DNA of 64,000 bases from an uncultured Gemmatimonadales bacterium (lineage in GTDB: Bacteria; Gemmatimonadota; Gemmatimonadetes; Longimicrobiales; RSA9): the NCBI GenBank assembly GCA_963783305.1, contig CAWAMW010000002.1, positions 256,001 to 320,000 of the forward strand, read 5' to 3'. Below are positions 38,574 to 49,020 of the stretch, piece by piece. Position 1 is the first letter of the stretch. The number at the start of each line of letters is the position of its first letter. A program made the translations under genes and the position numbers. Below the pieces are notes generated by a model. That model was not told the DNA's origin. It ran no database searches and saw nothing but the letters and a program-made list of their open reading frames with translations.

Positions 38574-41222
38574 ATGCGAATGACTCGCGCCCTCCTGATC
38601 GCGTTCATCCTGCTCCCGTCCGCACTGAGCGCACAGCATGCCCTCGGCGGCCAGGGCCCGTACGACCCCTCGATCCCGACGCCCGCCTCCGTACTCGGCT
38701 ACGAGCTGGGAGAGGCGTTCACACCGCACCACATGATCGTGCGCTACGCCAGCATGCTGGCGGAACTCAGCGATCGCATGACACTCGACACCGTGGCCAC
38801 CACCTACGAGGGCCGGCCGGTCCTCCTGGCCACCGTCACCAGCGCGGCGAACCAGGCGAGCATCGACCAGATCCGGGCGGGCGCGCAGCGACTCGCGGAC
38901 CCGCGGGGCGCCTCCCGGGCGGAGCTCGAGCGGCTCGTTCAGAGCCAGCCCACCATCGTATGGCTCGGCTATACCGTTCACGGCGACGAGGCCAGCGGCG
39001 TCGAGGCCGCGCTCGGCACGCTCTACCAGCTGGCCGCCGGGCAGGACGAGGAGACGCTCGCGATCCTGGAGAACACGGTCGCCCTCATCGACCCGGTGCA
39101 GAACCCGGACGGGCACGACCGGCACGTGAACCAGGTGGCGTGGGACCTCGGCCGCTTCGGACCCGACCCGTACCCCGGCGCGGTCGTGCACTGGCACGAC
39201 TGGCACGGCGGCCGCAGCAATCACTACCTCTTCGACCTCAACCGCGACTGGATCATCCACGCGCACCCGGAGACCCGCGGCCGCATGGAGGTCTTCCGCA
39301 GCTGGTTCCCGCACGTCGCCGCCGACCTCCACGAGATGGGCTCCAGCTCCACCTACTTCTTCGCGCCCCCCATGCAGCCGGTGAACGCCAACGTGCACCC
39401 GCTCATCCGCGAGGGCTGGCAGCTGTTCGCCCGCGGCAACGCCGCCGCGTTCGACGCGCACGGATGGGGATTCTTCACCCGCGAGGGCTACGACGAGTTC
39501 TATCCCGGCTACGGCCCCTCCTGGCCCCTCTACACCGGCGCCATCGGCATGACCTACGAGCAGGGCTCCAGCGAAGGGGGCGCCATCCGCCGCGATGATG
39601 GCTCCATCCTCACGCTCCGCGAGGCCGCGCTCCACCACTACGCCGGCAGCCGCGCAACGCTCCGCACGGCCGCCGAGAATCGCGCCGGCCGCGTCGCCGA
39701 CTACCTCGCCTTCCGCCAGGCCGCCATCGAGGACAACGCCCGCGCGGACATCCGCACCATTCTCATCGCACGCGACGCCGACGGCCGCGCCGACTCTCTC
39801 GCCAGCGTGCTGCTGCGCCACGGCATCGAGGTCGGCCAGGTCGCCACCGAGACCACCGTGTCCCGCGCGACCCCGTACGGCGACGACCGCGCCGCCCGAG
39901 CCACGCTCCCGGCCGGCAGCTTCGTCATCGATCTGTCGCAGCCCCAGGGAGTGCTGGCCAGGACGCTCCTGGAGCCGGACCCCGAGTTCGACCCGGTCTT
40001 CATCCGCGAGGAGCTCGAGCGCCGCGACAGGGGCCAGGGCGACCGCTTCTACGACATGACCGGCTGGGCCCTCCCCTTCCTCTTCAATGTGAGGGCGTGG
40101 CACACGTCCCAGCGCGTGGACGCGCAGGCCCTCACCGGCGACGCTGCCCCCACCGGCGTTCCGCTCCCCGACCGCGCCGGCTACGCCTACGCGTTCGAGC
40201 CGGGCAGCGAGGCGTCGCTCCGCATGCTCGGCGGGCTGCTGTCCGACGAGATCCGGGTGCGCCACTCCCCCGGCGCCTTCCGCATCGGCGCGGCCGATTT
40301 CCCCCATGGCGCGTTCATCGTGCTCGTCCACCGGAACCGCGGCGATGACGATGGCGCGACCCTCCACGAGACCGTCCGCACCCGCGCCGCCGAGTCCGGT
40401 GCCCGCGTCGTGGCACTCCACACCGCCCTCGCCACCTCGGGCGTGGATCTCGGCAGCAACAGCGTCGAGGCCATCCCCGTCCCCAAGGTCGCCCTGATTG
40501 GTGGCGACGGCGTGAGCATCTACTCCTACGGCGCCGCCTGGTACGCCCTCGATCAGCTGCTCCACTTCCCCGTCACACGGCTGGAGCTAGAGGACCTCCC
40601 CCGCTACATCGACGACTTCAACGTGGTGATCCTGCCCTCCGCCTACTCCGTCGGCTCCACCCTCGGAGAGAACGGGACGGAAGCGCTCGAGGCCTGGGTC
40701 CGCAACGGTGGACGGCTCATCACCTTCGACGCCGCCACTCGCTGGATCGCCGCCGACGATGGGCTCGCCCGAATCCGCGCTCGCGCCACATCCGAACCCC
40801 TCGAGGACCAGGACGACGACCAGGACGAGGCCGACGATGAGGCCACCGGCGCGGCCATCCCGGCCTCCGTGCCGGGCGCCATCCTGCGGGCCCGGGGCGA
40901 CACCCTCTCTCCCCTTCTCGCGGGGATCGATCGCCCGGAGATCCCGGTCATGCTTTTCGGCGGTCATGTCTATGACACCCCCGACGACGTGCGGCCGGGC
41001 GAGGTGGCGATCCGGTACGTGGAGGACGTCGATCGGCTCCGTCTGGCCGGCTACCTCTGGCCCGAGGTGCCCGGCCGCATCGCCGGCACACCCTACCTCT
41101 GGACCGAGAGGGTCGGGTCGGGTCGGATCATCGCCTTCACCGGCGACCCCACGTTCCGCGCTTTATGGCGCGGACTCCTACCTCTTTTCGGCAACGCCGT
41201 ACTCCTCGGCGGCACCTTCTGA
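38574..41222 (+). CDS. Secreted M14 zinc carboxypeptidase family protein (copy 2)
   Basis: Same motifs as copy 1 (VHGDEASG, DLNRDW, DLHEMG) and colinear with it. Confidence 0.9.
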   Translation: MRMTRALLIAFILLPSALSAQHALGGQGPYDPSIPTPASVLGYELGEAFTPHHMIVRYASMLAELSDRMTLDTVATTYEGRPVLLATVTSAANQASIDQIRAGAQRLADPRGASRAELERLVQSQPTIVWLGYTVHGDEASGVEAALGTLYQLAAGQDEETLAILENTVALIDPVQNPDGHDRHVNQVAWDLGRFGPDPYPGAVVHWHDWHGGRSNHYLFDLNRDWIIHAHPETRGRMEVFRSWFPHVAADLHEMGSSSTYFFAPPMQPVNANVHPLIREGWQLFARGNAAAFDAHGWGFFTREGYDEFYPGYGPSWPLYTGAIGMTYEQGSSEGGAIRRDDGSILTLREAALHHYAGSRATLRTAAENRAGRVADYLAFRQAAIEDNARADIRTILIARDADGRADSLASVLLRHGIEVGQVATETTVSRATPYGDDRAARATLPAGSFVIDLSQPQGVLARTLLEPDPEFDPVFIREELERRDRGQGDRFYDMTGWALPFLFNVRAWHTSQRVDAQALTGDAAPTGVPLPDRAGYAYAFEPGSEASLRMLGGLLSDEIRVRHSPGAFRIGAADFPHGAFIVLVHRNRGDDDGATLHETVRTRAAESGARVVALHTALATSGVDLGSNSVEAIPVPKVALIGGDGVSIYSYGAAWYALDQLLHFPVTRLELEDLPRYIDDFNVVILPSAYSVGSTLGENGTEALEAWVRNGGRLITFDAATRWIAADDGLARIRARATSEPLEDQDDDQDEADDEATGAAIPASVPGAILRARGDTLSPLLAGIDRPEIPVMLFGGHVYDTPDDVRPGEVAIRYVEDVDRLRLAGYLWPEVPGRIAGTPYLWTERVGSGRIIAFTGDPTFRALWRGLLPLFGNAVLLGGTF

Positions 41223-41233
41223 TCGGACCCCGG

Positions 41234-41273
41234 GGGTATGGGAGGTTGCGCTAAATCGCGTTCTCCCATACCC
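41234..41273 (+). terminator. Stem-loop after the M14 pair, possible terminator
   Basis: GGGTATGGGAG (41234-41244) is the reverse complement of CTCCCATACCC (41263-41273). U-tract is weak. Confidence 0.5.
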
Positions 41274-41494
41274 TTGGGAACCCTCTTAGTGGTTGTGTAG
41301 CGATTCTGCCGCGCCCGATGTCGGTTGCGGCCCTCAATAGACAGCACATGCGCTTCGGGCGGCCACGCCGCCCTCATGCCACCCGGTGCAGCACGCTCCG
41401 GATGGCGCTATGCCGCGACCTCGCGGCTCGATCCCCAAACACCCCCCAGGGGCGTGCCGGATCGCGTATTACTCCCTGCCAAGGAGAATGCTGC

Positions 41495-43381
41495 ATGAGT
41501 GAAGTACCAACCCACTATTCGAGGGCGCGCGCCCTCGGCGTCGCCGCCCTGGCGACCCTCGCACTCGCCGCCTGTGGCGAGATGCCCACGGAGACCACAC
41601 AGGTTCAGCCCGACACCCCGGCCGCGGCCAGTGTCGAGAATGCATTCGACGTCATCCAGACGCCGACGGCCGGTCCCATTGTGGCCGGCCAGGTCCTCGT
41701 GAAGTTCCGGGGTGGTCAGCCGCCCGCCCACGTCCAGGCCCGCCTGGGCGAGCGGCTCAGCCACCTCACACTCGGTGTAAAGATCCTGAAGGTCGCGCCG
41801 GGCCGGGAGCTCGACATGGTGGCCGAGCTGCGCGGGATGCCCTCGGTCGAGTACGCCGAGCCCGATTACGTGCTCTCGCTCAAGGCGGCACCGAACGACT
41901 CCTACTTCGGCTACAAGTGGGGGCTGCACAACGACGGCACCATCAACACGTCCACGGGCGACTTCGTGGCGAATACCGGCGCCGTGGACGCCGACATCGA
42001 CTGGCTCGAGGCGTACGAGTACCTCGCCGGCGCCTCCTTCCAGACGGTCAAGATCGCCATCCTGGACACCGGGATCCGGCAGGACCACGTGGACCTCGCC
42101 GCCAAGATCGTCGGCCAGTACGACTTCTTCGACAACGACCCGGACGCGGCCAATGACAACGGCCACGGAAGCCACACCGCCGGGATCGCCGCCGCCATCG
42201 GCAACAACGGCACGGGCGTGACCGGCGTCGCCTGGCACAACCAGGCCACGCTGCTCATCGGCAAGATCTGCGGCCAGATCCGCGGTGGACCCAACGGCTA
42301 CGGCTGCCCGTCCTCGGGTACCGCCAGCGCCATCACGTGGGCGGCCGACAACGGCGCCAGCGTCATCAACATGAGCATTGGCGGCTCGAGCGGCTCCTCC
42401 GCGCAGCAGGACGCGCTGGCCTACGCCCTCACGAAGGAGACGCTGGCCTTCTGCTCGTCGGGGAACGAAAACGGCGCTGTGTCGTATCCGGGCGCCTTCC
42501 CGGAGTGCGTGGCGGTGGGCGCCACGGACTGGTCGGACAACCGCGCCAGCTACTCGAACTACGGCCCGCAGGTGGAGCTGGCCGCGCCGGGCGGCGATGA
42601 CGAGGATGCGAACGGCTACAGCTACATCCTCTCCTCCTACTACGACAGCCCGACCAGCTACACGTTCATGGCGGGCACCTCCATGGCCGCGCCGATGGCC
42701 ACCGGCCTCGGCGGGCTCCTGGCCTCGCTCGGCGTCTCCACGGCCTCGGAGCTCCGGTCGATCATGACCAGCACCGCGGATGACCTCGGCCCCAACGGCC
42801 GCGACAATGAGTTCGGCTACGGCCGCATCAACGCCTTCGCTGCCGTCCAGGCCGTGAGCGGCGGTGGCGGCGGCCCCACGAACAGCGCGCCCACGGCGTC
42901 GTTCAGCTACAACTGCTCCGACCTGGCCTGCTCCTTCGATGGCAGCGGCTCGAGCGATCCGGACGGCGACGCCCTGACCTACGACTGGACCTTCGGGGAC
43001 GGAAGCTCGGCTTCCGGCGCCACGGCCAGCCACACGTACGCGGCCGGCGGCAGCTACACGACCACCCTGACCGTCAGCGATGGCAGCCTGAACGACAGCC
43101 AGTCGCAGAGCGTGACGGTGAGTGAGCCGTCCACCGGCGGGATCAACCTCTCCGCCAACGGCTACAAGGTGAAGGGCGTGCACACGATCGACCTGAGCTG
43201 GAACGGCGCGTCGTCCACGACCGTGGACGTGTACCTTGACGGCTCGGTCGTGGCCACCACGGCCAATGATGGCGCCTACACCGACAGCACGGGCAACAAG
43301 GGCGGCGGCGTCTCGTACACCTACCGGGTATGCGAGGCGGGCACGTCCACCTGCTCGAACCAGACGACGGTCGCCTTCTAG
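41495..43381 (+). CDS. Subtilisin-family (S8) lipoprotein protease with PKD domain
   Basis: Lipobox LAAC, triad ILDTG / NGHGSHTAG / GTSMAAP, PKD motif [17 protein letters not shown]. Confidence 0.93.
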   Translation: MSEVPTHYSRARALGVAALATLALAACGEMPTETTQVQPDTPAAASVENAFDVIQTPTAGPIVAGQVLVKFRGGQPPAHVQARLGERLSHLTLGVKILKVAPGRELDMVAELRGMPSVEYAEPDYVLSLKAAPNDSYFGYKWGLHNDGTINTSTGDFVANTGAVDADIDWLEAYEYLAGASFQTVKIAILDTGIRQDHVDLAAKIVGQYDFFDNDPDAANDNGHGSHTAGIAAAIGNNGTGVTGVAWHNQATLLIGKICGQIRGGPNGYGCPSSGTASAITWAADNGASVINMSIGGSSGSSAQQDALAYALTKETLAFCSSGNENGAVSYPGAFPECVAVGATDWSDNRASYSNYGPQVELAAPGGDDEDANGYSYILSSYYDSPTSYTFMAGTSMAAPMATGLGGLLASLGVSTASELRSIMTSTADDLGPNGRDNEFGYGRINAFAAVQAVSGGGGGPTNSAPTASFSYNCSDLACSFDGSGSSDPDGDALTYDWTFGDGSSASGATASHTYAAGGSYTTTLTVSDGSLNDSQSQSVTVSEPSTGGINLSANGYKVKGVHTIDLSWNGASSTTVDVYLDGSVVATTANDGAYTDSTGNKGGGVSYTYRVCEAGTSTCSNQTTVAF

Positions 43382-43404
43382 GCACCGCCTCTGGCAGTAG
43401 AGTC

Positions 43405-43450
43405 GAGCGGCCCCGCTCCGGGATGGTTCCGGAGCGGGGCCGCTCTCTTT
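43405..43450 (+). terminator. Rho-independent terminator
   Basis: 17-bp perfect stem GAGCGGCCCCGCTCCGG / CCGGAGCGGGGCCGCTC with a 7-nt loop, followed by TCTTT. Confidence 0.8.
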
Positions 43451-43483
43451 GCTCGCCACCCTGCCGTGCCTAGGTTGGGCGCC

Positions 43484-44311
43484 ATGAACTGGCTCTGGAT
43501 CCCCGACACCGGTCTCCCACGCGCGCTGGTCATCCTGGCCGTCGCGCTCCTCGTGCACCTGCTGCTCAGAGCGGCCCGCCACGGCATCGACCGCATCATC
43601 GGGCGACCGGGCGCGCAGCAGCCGCCCGGCCCCGGCCGCCACCCCAAGCTCGCGACCATCGTCGGCCTCCTGTTCAGCGCCGCCACATTCGTCCTCTGGT
43701 TCGTGGCCATCGGAATGGTCCTGGCCGCGTTCGCCATCGACCCCACCACCTACTTCGCCACGGCCACCGTCATCGGCCTCGCCGTCGGGTTCGGCTCCCA
43801 GGGACTCGTCCAGGACATCGTCATCGGCCTCACCCTCATCTTCACCGATGCCATGGACGTGGGCGACACCGTCGAGGTCTCCGGGCAGGTAGGACGGGTC
43901 GAGCGCGTGGGGCTCCGCTTCACCACCCTCACCAATTTCCTCGGTCAGACCGTGTTCATCCCGAACCGCAACATCGCCGTGGTCGGACGGTTCCGCCGCG
44001 GCGTGGTGCGGGCGTACATCGATGTGCAGGTTCCCGCCGGCATCGAAGCCGAGCCCCTCGCACGGCACCTCCTCGACATGGCCCGCGCGCTCCGCAGCCA
44101 GCACCCCGCGGCCGTGCTGAGCTCGCCCGAGCTCTTCGGGACCCGGGAGACGGAGCCGGAAGGCTGGCGCTACATCCGGATCAAGCTCCAGGTCTGGCCG
44201 GGGCAGCAGCCGCTCGTCGAGACCGTCTTCCGCCAGCGCCTGGTCGCGCATATGAAGACGCTGGATGAGAAGTACGCCGACTGGATGGTCCCGGTCACCT
44301 ACAGGGTCTGA
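43484..44311 (+). CDS. Mechanosensitive channel, MscS family
   Basis: GLAVGFGSQGLVQD, VGDTVEV, GRVERVGLRFTTL, IPN. Confidence 0.9.
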   Translation: MNWLWIPDTGLPRALVILAVALLVHLLLRAARHGIDRIIGRPGAQQPPGPGRHPKLATIVGLLFSAATFVLWFVAIGMVLAAFAIDPTTYFATATVIGLAVGFGSQGLVQDIVIGLTLIFTDAMDVGDTVEVSGQVGRVERVGLRFTTLTNFLGQTVFIPNRNIAVVGRFRRGVVRAYIDVQVPAGIEAEPLARHLLDMARALRSQHPAAVLSSPELFGTRETEPEGWRYIRIKLQVWPGQQPLVETVFRQRLVAHMKTLDEKYADWMVPVTYRV

Positions 44312-44345
44312 CTCCGTCGCCAGATCCCCCTCCCAGCCTCCCGCC

Positions 44346-46907
44346 TCAGTCGACCGCTACGCCCGCGTCCCTGGCCATTCCTCGGAACACGCTCAGCCAC
44401 CGCGCCGCCTTGGCGTTCCCGGCGTCCGCGCGGGCGCGCACCGTACCGGAATGATCACGCCGCAGGTCGTAAACGGCATTCTGCACCGTCCAGAGACTCA
44501 CCTTGAATGGCGCCTCCTCCGCGAGGCTGATGGCCTCCGCCAGGTGCTCCAGTACCGCCAGGTCGTCGGGCGACTCCACCAGCGAGGTGGCCATCTCCTC
44601 CAGCGCGCGCTGGTACGCGAAGCCGAGGCCCTCCGTGTCCAGCATGATCTCCCGACGCTCCGCGTCCTCGAGCAGCACCCGCACCCGGTCCAGGTCCATG
44701 CCAGGGTCCGAGACCTCCCGCACCAGTCCCGTGTTCAACACATACTCACCGGCCAGCGACAGCGCCGTCGGCATGGGGATCGACAGATCGTGGAGGAAGC
44801 GCATGAGCGGCGCGTTCCGTTCATAGATCTGGCGGTACTGATTCTCCGCATCGCGCAGCGTCGACTGGATGATCTGGTCGAGCACCTGCCGCCGCTGGTC
44901 CTGGAAGAGTGACCGCAGGTTGTACGTCGCATTCGGGAAATGTCGGTCGAGGGTCCGGATCGTGTCCGTGAAGTCGGCCGCCTCGAACGGCATGGTGACC
45001 TCCTCGCGCATGGCGTTGAAGGCCTGCTCGTCGTTGAACGAGCGGACGCCGGCGTGGATCGTGTGGTCGCCCAGGTGCACCACACCATAGCTCAGCACCT
45101 CCACTTCCTTCGTCACCCGGGAGGTCACCGTGATCAGGCCCGTCGCCAGCTGCGCTCGGCCCGCCTCCCGGATCTCCTGGTCCGCCACATCGATATCGTA
45201 ACAGTACTCTCGGGTCTGCTCCGCTGTCTCGTCGAATATGGATGAGATGGCGAAGTGCGCGCCCACCTCCAGCAGGTCCACCCGCGCGTCTCGCACGGTT
45301 CGGTCGTAGATGGCGCGACCGTCCCCCTGCGCCGGGATGTTGGACTGGGCGTCCGAAAGCGCCTCGAGAAACGGCCCCTCCAGCTCGGCCCCGAACAGCT
45401 CCTCCCCCAGCTGGATGGCGCGGCCGGCATAACGGAGCACCTGCACCGTCTCGATCCCCGACAGTTCGTCGAAGAACCAGCCGCAGCTGGTGTACATGAG
45501 CATGGCCTGGCGCTGGAGCTCCATGAGCTTCGTCAGCCGCACCCGCTCCGCCGCGTCCAGATCCCGCACTGCGTGCTCGTCCAGGAACCGCTCGATCACC
45601 TCCGGCTCGCGGTCCAGGATGATATCGATGTAATCATCCCGCGCCGCCCATGGGTCCTCGACGTACTCCAACGCCATCCGCTCGAAGCGCGGCGCCAGCT
45701 CGTCACGCAGGCCGTCCAGCGCGTTCCGCAGCGGGCCGCGCCACTCCTGCGTCCACTCAGGACGACCGCCCGTGTTGCACCCGCAGTTCGAACGCCACCG
45801 GTCCACCCCGTGCGCACAGCTCCACGACGTGTCCTCGATGATCTCCGCCTCCCACGCCGGCGGATGCCGCTCCAGGTACTCCCCGTAGTTCGTCAGACGG
45901 ATGTCCTTCCGGTCCTCGATCACCCGGAGCGCACGCGCCAGCGCCATGTCGCCGTGGCGATGATGGTGACCGTACGTCTCACCGTCGGTCGCGATGTGGC
46001 CGATCTGCGGCCAGTCCCTGGCGTCGCTGAACATGTCCGTCAACCGGTCGGCGAACTTGTCGCCGCTCCGCAGCAGGCCCTCGAACGCCACCGCCCGCGA
46101 GATCGGGCCGTCGTAGAAGAAGATCACCAGCTCCCGACCGCTCGGCAGCCGGCACAGGTATGGCCGCGTTGGATCCACCCGCCCACCGCTCACGTCCTTC
46201 CACTCGGCCGCCGCGCCGCCCTTCGCGCCGCCGTTCGGGTCGACCTCCTCGCCGCCGTTCGCGTCAGCCACCTCGCTTCTGCCCGCGCCGACCTCCTCGC
46301 CTCTACCGGTCCCGCCGCCACCGTTCTCGACCGCGCCCGGAAGGGGTCGAACCCGGGCCGCCTGGTTCGGCGCCAGGATCGTGAACTTGATACCCTGCTC
46401 CGCCAGCGCCTCCAGCGTCGGGATGTCCGCGGCGGTCTCCGCCACCCACATCCCCTCCGGAAAGCGACCGAAACGGTGCTCGAAGTCGCGAATCCCCCAG
46501 ATCACCTGGGTGCGCCGGTCCCGGCCGTTCGCCAGTGGCATGATCAGGTGGCCGTACGCCTGCGCTACCGCCGAGCCATGACCGCCGAATCGCTCGATGC
46601 TCCGCCGGTCCGCATCCAGCACCGCCTCGTACGTGTCCGGGGCGTGGTCCTCCATCCAGTGCAGCAGCGTCGGCCCGAAGTTGAAGCTGATCCGCTCGTA
46701 GTTGTTCGACAGCTCCCGGATCCGGCCCTGCCCATCCAGGATCCGCGACACCGCGTTCGGCCCATAGCTCTCCGCCGTCACCCGCTCGTTCCAGTCGTGG
46801 TACGGGTATGCCGAGTCCTGCCGCTCGATGGCCTCCAGCCACGGGTTCTCCCGCGGCGGCTGGTAGAAATGGCCGTGGATACAGAGATATCGAGGAGGTG
46901 TGGTCAT
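44346..46907 (-). CDS. GH57 glycoside hydrolase with DUF3536-like C-terminus
   Basis: HGHFYQPPRENPW, SFNFGPTLL, GMWVAET, ATDGETYGHH, SWSCAHGV, MYTSCGWFFD. Confidence 0.92.
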   Translation of the reverse strand: MTTPPRYLCIHGHFYQPPRENPWLEAIERQDSAYPYHDWNERVTAESYGPNAVSRILDGQGRIRELSNNYERISFNFGPTLLHWMEDHAPDTYEAVLDADRRSIERFGGHGSAVAQAYGHLIMPLANGRDRRTQVIWGIRDFEHRFGRFPEGMWVAETAADIPTLEALAEQGIKFTILAPNQAARVRPLPGAVENGGGGTGRGEEVGAGRSEVADANGGEEVDPNGGAKGGAAAEWKDVSGGRVDPTRPYLCRLPSGRELVIFFYDGPISRAVAFEGLLRSGDKFADRLTDMFSDARDWPQIGHIATDGETYGHHHRHGDMALARALRVIEDRKDIRLTNYGEYLERHPPAWEAEIIEDTSWSCAHGVDRWRSNCGCNTGGRPEWTQEWRGPLRNALDGLRDELAPRFERMALEYVEDPWAARDDYIDIILDREPEVIERFLDEHAVRDLDAAERVRLTKLMELQRQAMLMYTSCGWFFDELSGIETVQVLRYAGRAIQLGEELFGAELEGPFLEALSDAQSNIPAQGDGRAIYDRTVRDARVDLLEVGAHFAISSIFDETAEQTREYCYDIDVADQEIREAGRAQLATGLITVTSRVTKEVEVLSYGVVHLGDHTIHAGVRSFNDEQAFNAMREEVTMPFEAADFTDTIRTLDRHFPNATYNLRSLFQDQRRQVLDQIIQSTLRDAENQYRQIYERNAPLMRFLHDLSIPMPTALSLAGEYVLNTGLVREVSDPGMDLDRVRVLLEDAERREIMLDTEGLGFAYQRALEEMATSLVESPDDLAVLEHLAEAISLAEEAPFKVSLWTVQNAVYDLRRDHSGTVRARADAGNAKAARWLSVFRGMARDAGVAVD

Positions 46908-46951
46908 CTATTTTGTGCGCCTGTTCGTGGACTGCCAGTGAGAGAGGGCAT

Positions 46952-47138
46952 CCGCCCGGAAGGGCGAACGTTCGCGTTCGCTCGCTGTCGACCGCCTCGG
47001 GCCACGCCCGCGCTCGTCGATCTCCGCTGCGCTCCGTTATTACCGGCCCCGCCCCGCAGGTTCCCTCGACAGCCCGCGGCAGCGGGCTCGACCCGCTCGC
47101 AGCGCCAGGCCGATCGACCCCGCCGGCCCTACGTCGGC
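46952..47138. repeat. Palindrome-rich REP-like intergenic region
   Basis: CGCCC-GGAA-GGGCG, GCGAACGTTCGC, GTTCGCTCGCT, CGCTGCGCTCC, AGCGGG-CTCGA-CCCGCT. Confidence 0.4.
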
Positions 47139-47139
47139 C

Positions 47140-49020
47140 CTACGCCGGCGTCAGGACGACCGCCGAGAGCGGCGGGAGCCGGAGCAGCAGCGACTGCTCG
47201 TGCCCGTGCGCCTCTTCCTCGTCGGTCTGGACCGTGGTCTGCTCCGCCGCGTAGCCGCTCCCGCCAAACTTCTCGGCGTCGCTGTCCAGCCGGACCCGCC
47301 ACTCGCCCGCCAGCGGTACGCCCACCCGATACTCGTCATGGGGCTCCGGCGTAAAATTGTAAACGCAGAGCGCCACGTCCTCGCGCCCCTCACCTCGGCG
47401 CAGGAAGGCCAGAACACTGTTCTGCCGGTCGTCGCCGATCACCCACTCGAACCCCTCCGGCATGATGTCCTTCACGTGGAGCGCGGGGATCTCCCGGTAG
47501 GCGGAGTTGGCCGCCGCAGTGAATCGCCGCAGCCCCTTGTGGCCGGCGTCCTCCAGGAGCGACCAGTCGAGCTCGCCCTCGTGCGCCCACTCCGTAGTCT
47601 GGCCGAACTCGCCACCCATGAACACCAGCTTCTTCCCCGGCTGGCCGTACATGTAGCCGAGCAGAAGCCGCAGGTTGGCCCGCTTCCGCCAGTCGTCACC
47701 GGGCATCTTCCCCAGCAGCGACCCCTTCCCGTACACCACCTCGTCGTGACTCAGCGGCATCGTGTAGTTCTCCGTGAACATGTACACGCCGCGGAACGTG
47801 ATCTCGTCGTGGTGGTGCGTACGGTGAACGGGATCGCGCTGCATGTACTGCAGCGTGTCGTGCATCCAGCCCATGTCCCACTTGAACCCGAAGCCGAGCC
47901 CCCCGATGCTCGTGGGGCGGCTCACCATCGGCCACGCAGTAGACTCCTCCGCGTACGTCTGCGTATCCGGGAACCCTTCGTAGATCGCCTCGTTCATCCG
48001 GCGCAGGAAATGGATCGCCTCCAGGTTCTCCCGGCCGCCGTGCTCGTTCGGGATCCACTCGCCCGCCTCCCGCGAGTAGTCGAGGTACAGCATGGACGCC
48101 ACGGCATCCACGCGCAGTCCGTCGATGTGGTACTGGTCCAGCCAGAACAGCGCGCTGCTGATCAGGAAGCTCTGCACCTCGTTGCGGCCGTAATTGAAGA
48201 TCGCCGACTTCCAGTCCGGGTGGTAACCCTTGCGGGGATCGGCGTGCTCGTACAGGTGCGTCCCGTCGAAGTAGGCCAGGCCGTGCTCGTCGTTCGGGAA
48301 ATGGCTCGGCACCCAGTCCAGGATGACGCCGATCCCCGCCTGGTGCAGCTGGTCCACCAGGTACATGAAGTCCTGCGGCGTGCCGAACCGGCTGGTGGGC
48401 GCGAAATACCCCGTCGTCTGGTACCCCCACGAGCCGTAGAACGGGTGCTCCATCACGGGGAGGAACTCCACGTGCGTGAACCCCGCATCCACCAGGTACT
48501 CCGCCAGCATCGGGGCCAGCTCGCGGTAGCTGTGGAACTCCCGCCCCGGCGGCCGCATCCACGAGCCCAGGTGGCACTCGTAGATCGAGATGGGGGCGTT
48601 CAGCGCGTTCCGCTCCGCGCGCTCCGCCATCCAGTCCTCATCTCCCCACTCGTACTCCAGGTCCCAGATCACCGATCCGGTCCTCGGCGGGGTCTCGTGG
48701 TAGAACCCCACCGGATCCGCCTTGTCCACCCGGTGATGCGTTTCGGCGTTGTAGATGAAGTACTTGTACTTCTGCCCCTTCTCCGCGCCCTCCACCGTGC
48801 CCGCCCATATGCCCGAGCTGCCCTGGGGCTCGAGGGGGTTGGCCTCCCGGTCCCACTCATTGAACTCCCCGATCACGCTCACCGTCCTGGCCGATGGCGC
48901 CCACACCGCGAACCGGGTACCCCCGTCCACGGGATGCGCACCCAGCTTCTGGTAGAGGGCCCTGTGGTTTCCCTCGTTGAACAGATGGCGATCGTATTCC
49001 GTAAGCGACGACTCGGTCAT
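47140..49020 (-). CDS. glgB: 1,4-alpha-glucan branching enzyme
   Basis: [48 protein letters not shown]. Confidence 0.96.
   Translation of the reverse strand: MTESSLTEYDRHLFNEGNHRALYQKLGAHPVDGGTRFAVWAPSARTVSVIGEFNEWDREANPLEPQGSSGIWAGTVEGAEKGQKYKYFIYNAETHHRVDKADPVGFYHETPPRTGSVIWDLEYEWGDEDWMAERAERNALNAPISIYECHLGSWMRPPGREFHSYRELAPMLAEYLVDAGFTHVEFLPVMEHPFYGSWGYQTTGYFAPTSRFGTPQDFMYLVDQLHQAGIGVILDWVPSHFPNDEHGLAYFDGTHLYEHADPRKGYHPDWKSAIFNYGRNEVQSFLISSALFWLDQYHIDGLRVDAVASMLYLDYSREAGEWIPNEHGGRENLEAIHFLRRMNEAIYEGFPDTQTYAEESTAWPMVSRPTSIGGLGFGFKWDMGWMHDTLQYMQRDPVHRTHHHDEITFRGVYMFTENYTMPLSHDEVVYGKGSLLGKMPGDDWRKRANLRLLLGYMYGQPGKKLVFMGGEFGQTTEWAHEGELDWSLLEDAGHKGLRRFTAAANSAYREIPALHVKDIMPEGFEWVIGDDRQNSVLAFLRRGEGREDVALCVYNFTPEPHDEYRVGVPLAGEWRVRLDSDAEKFGGSGYAAEQTTVQTDEEEAHGHEQSLLLRLPPLSAVVLTPA

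Noticed and set aside
35132..44251. Long minus-strand ORFs (1158, 784 and 947 aa)
   Set aside because: Antisense shadows of the M14, S8 and MscS genes.
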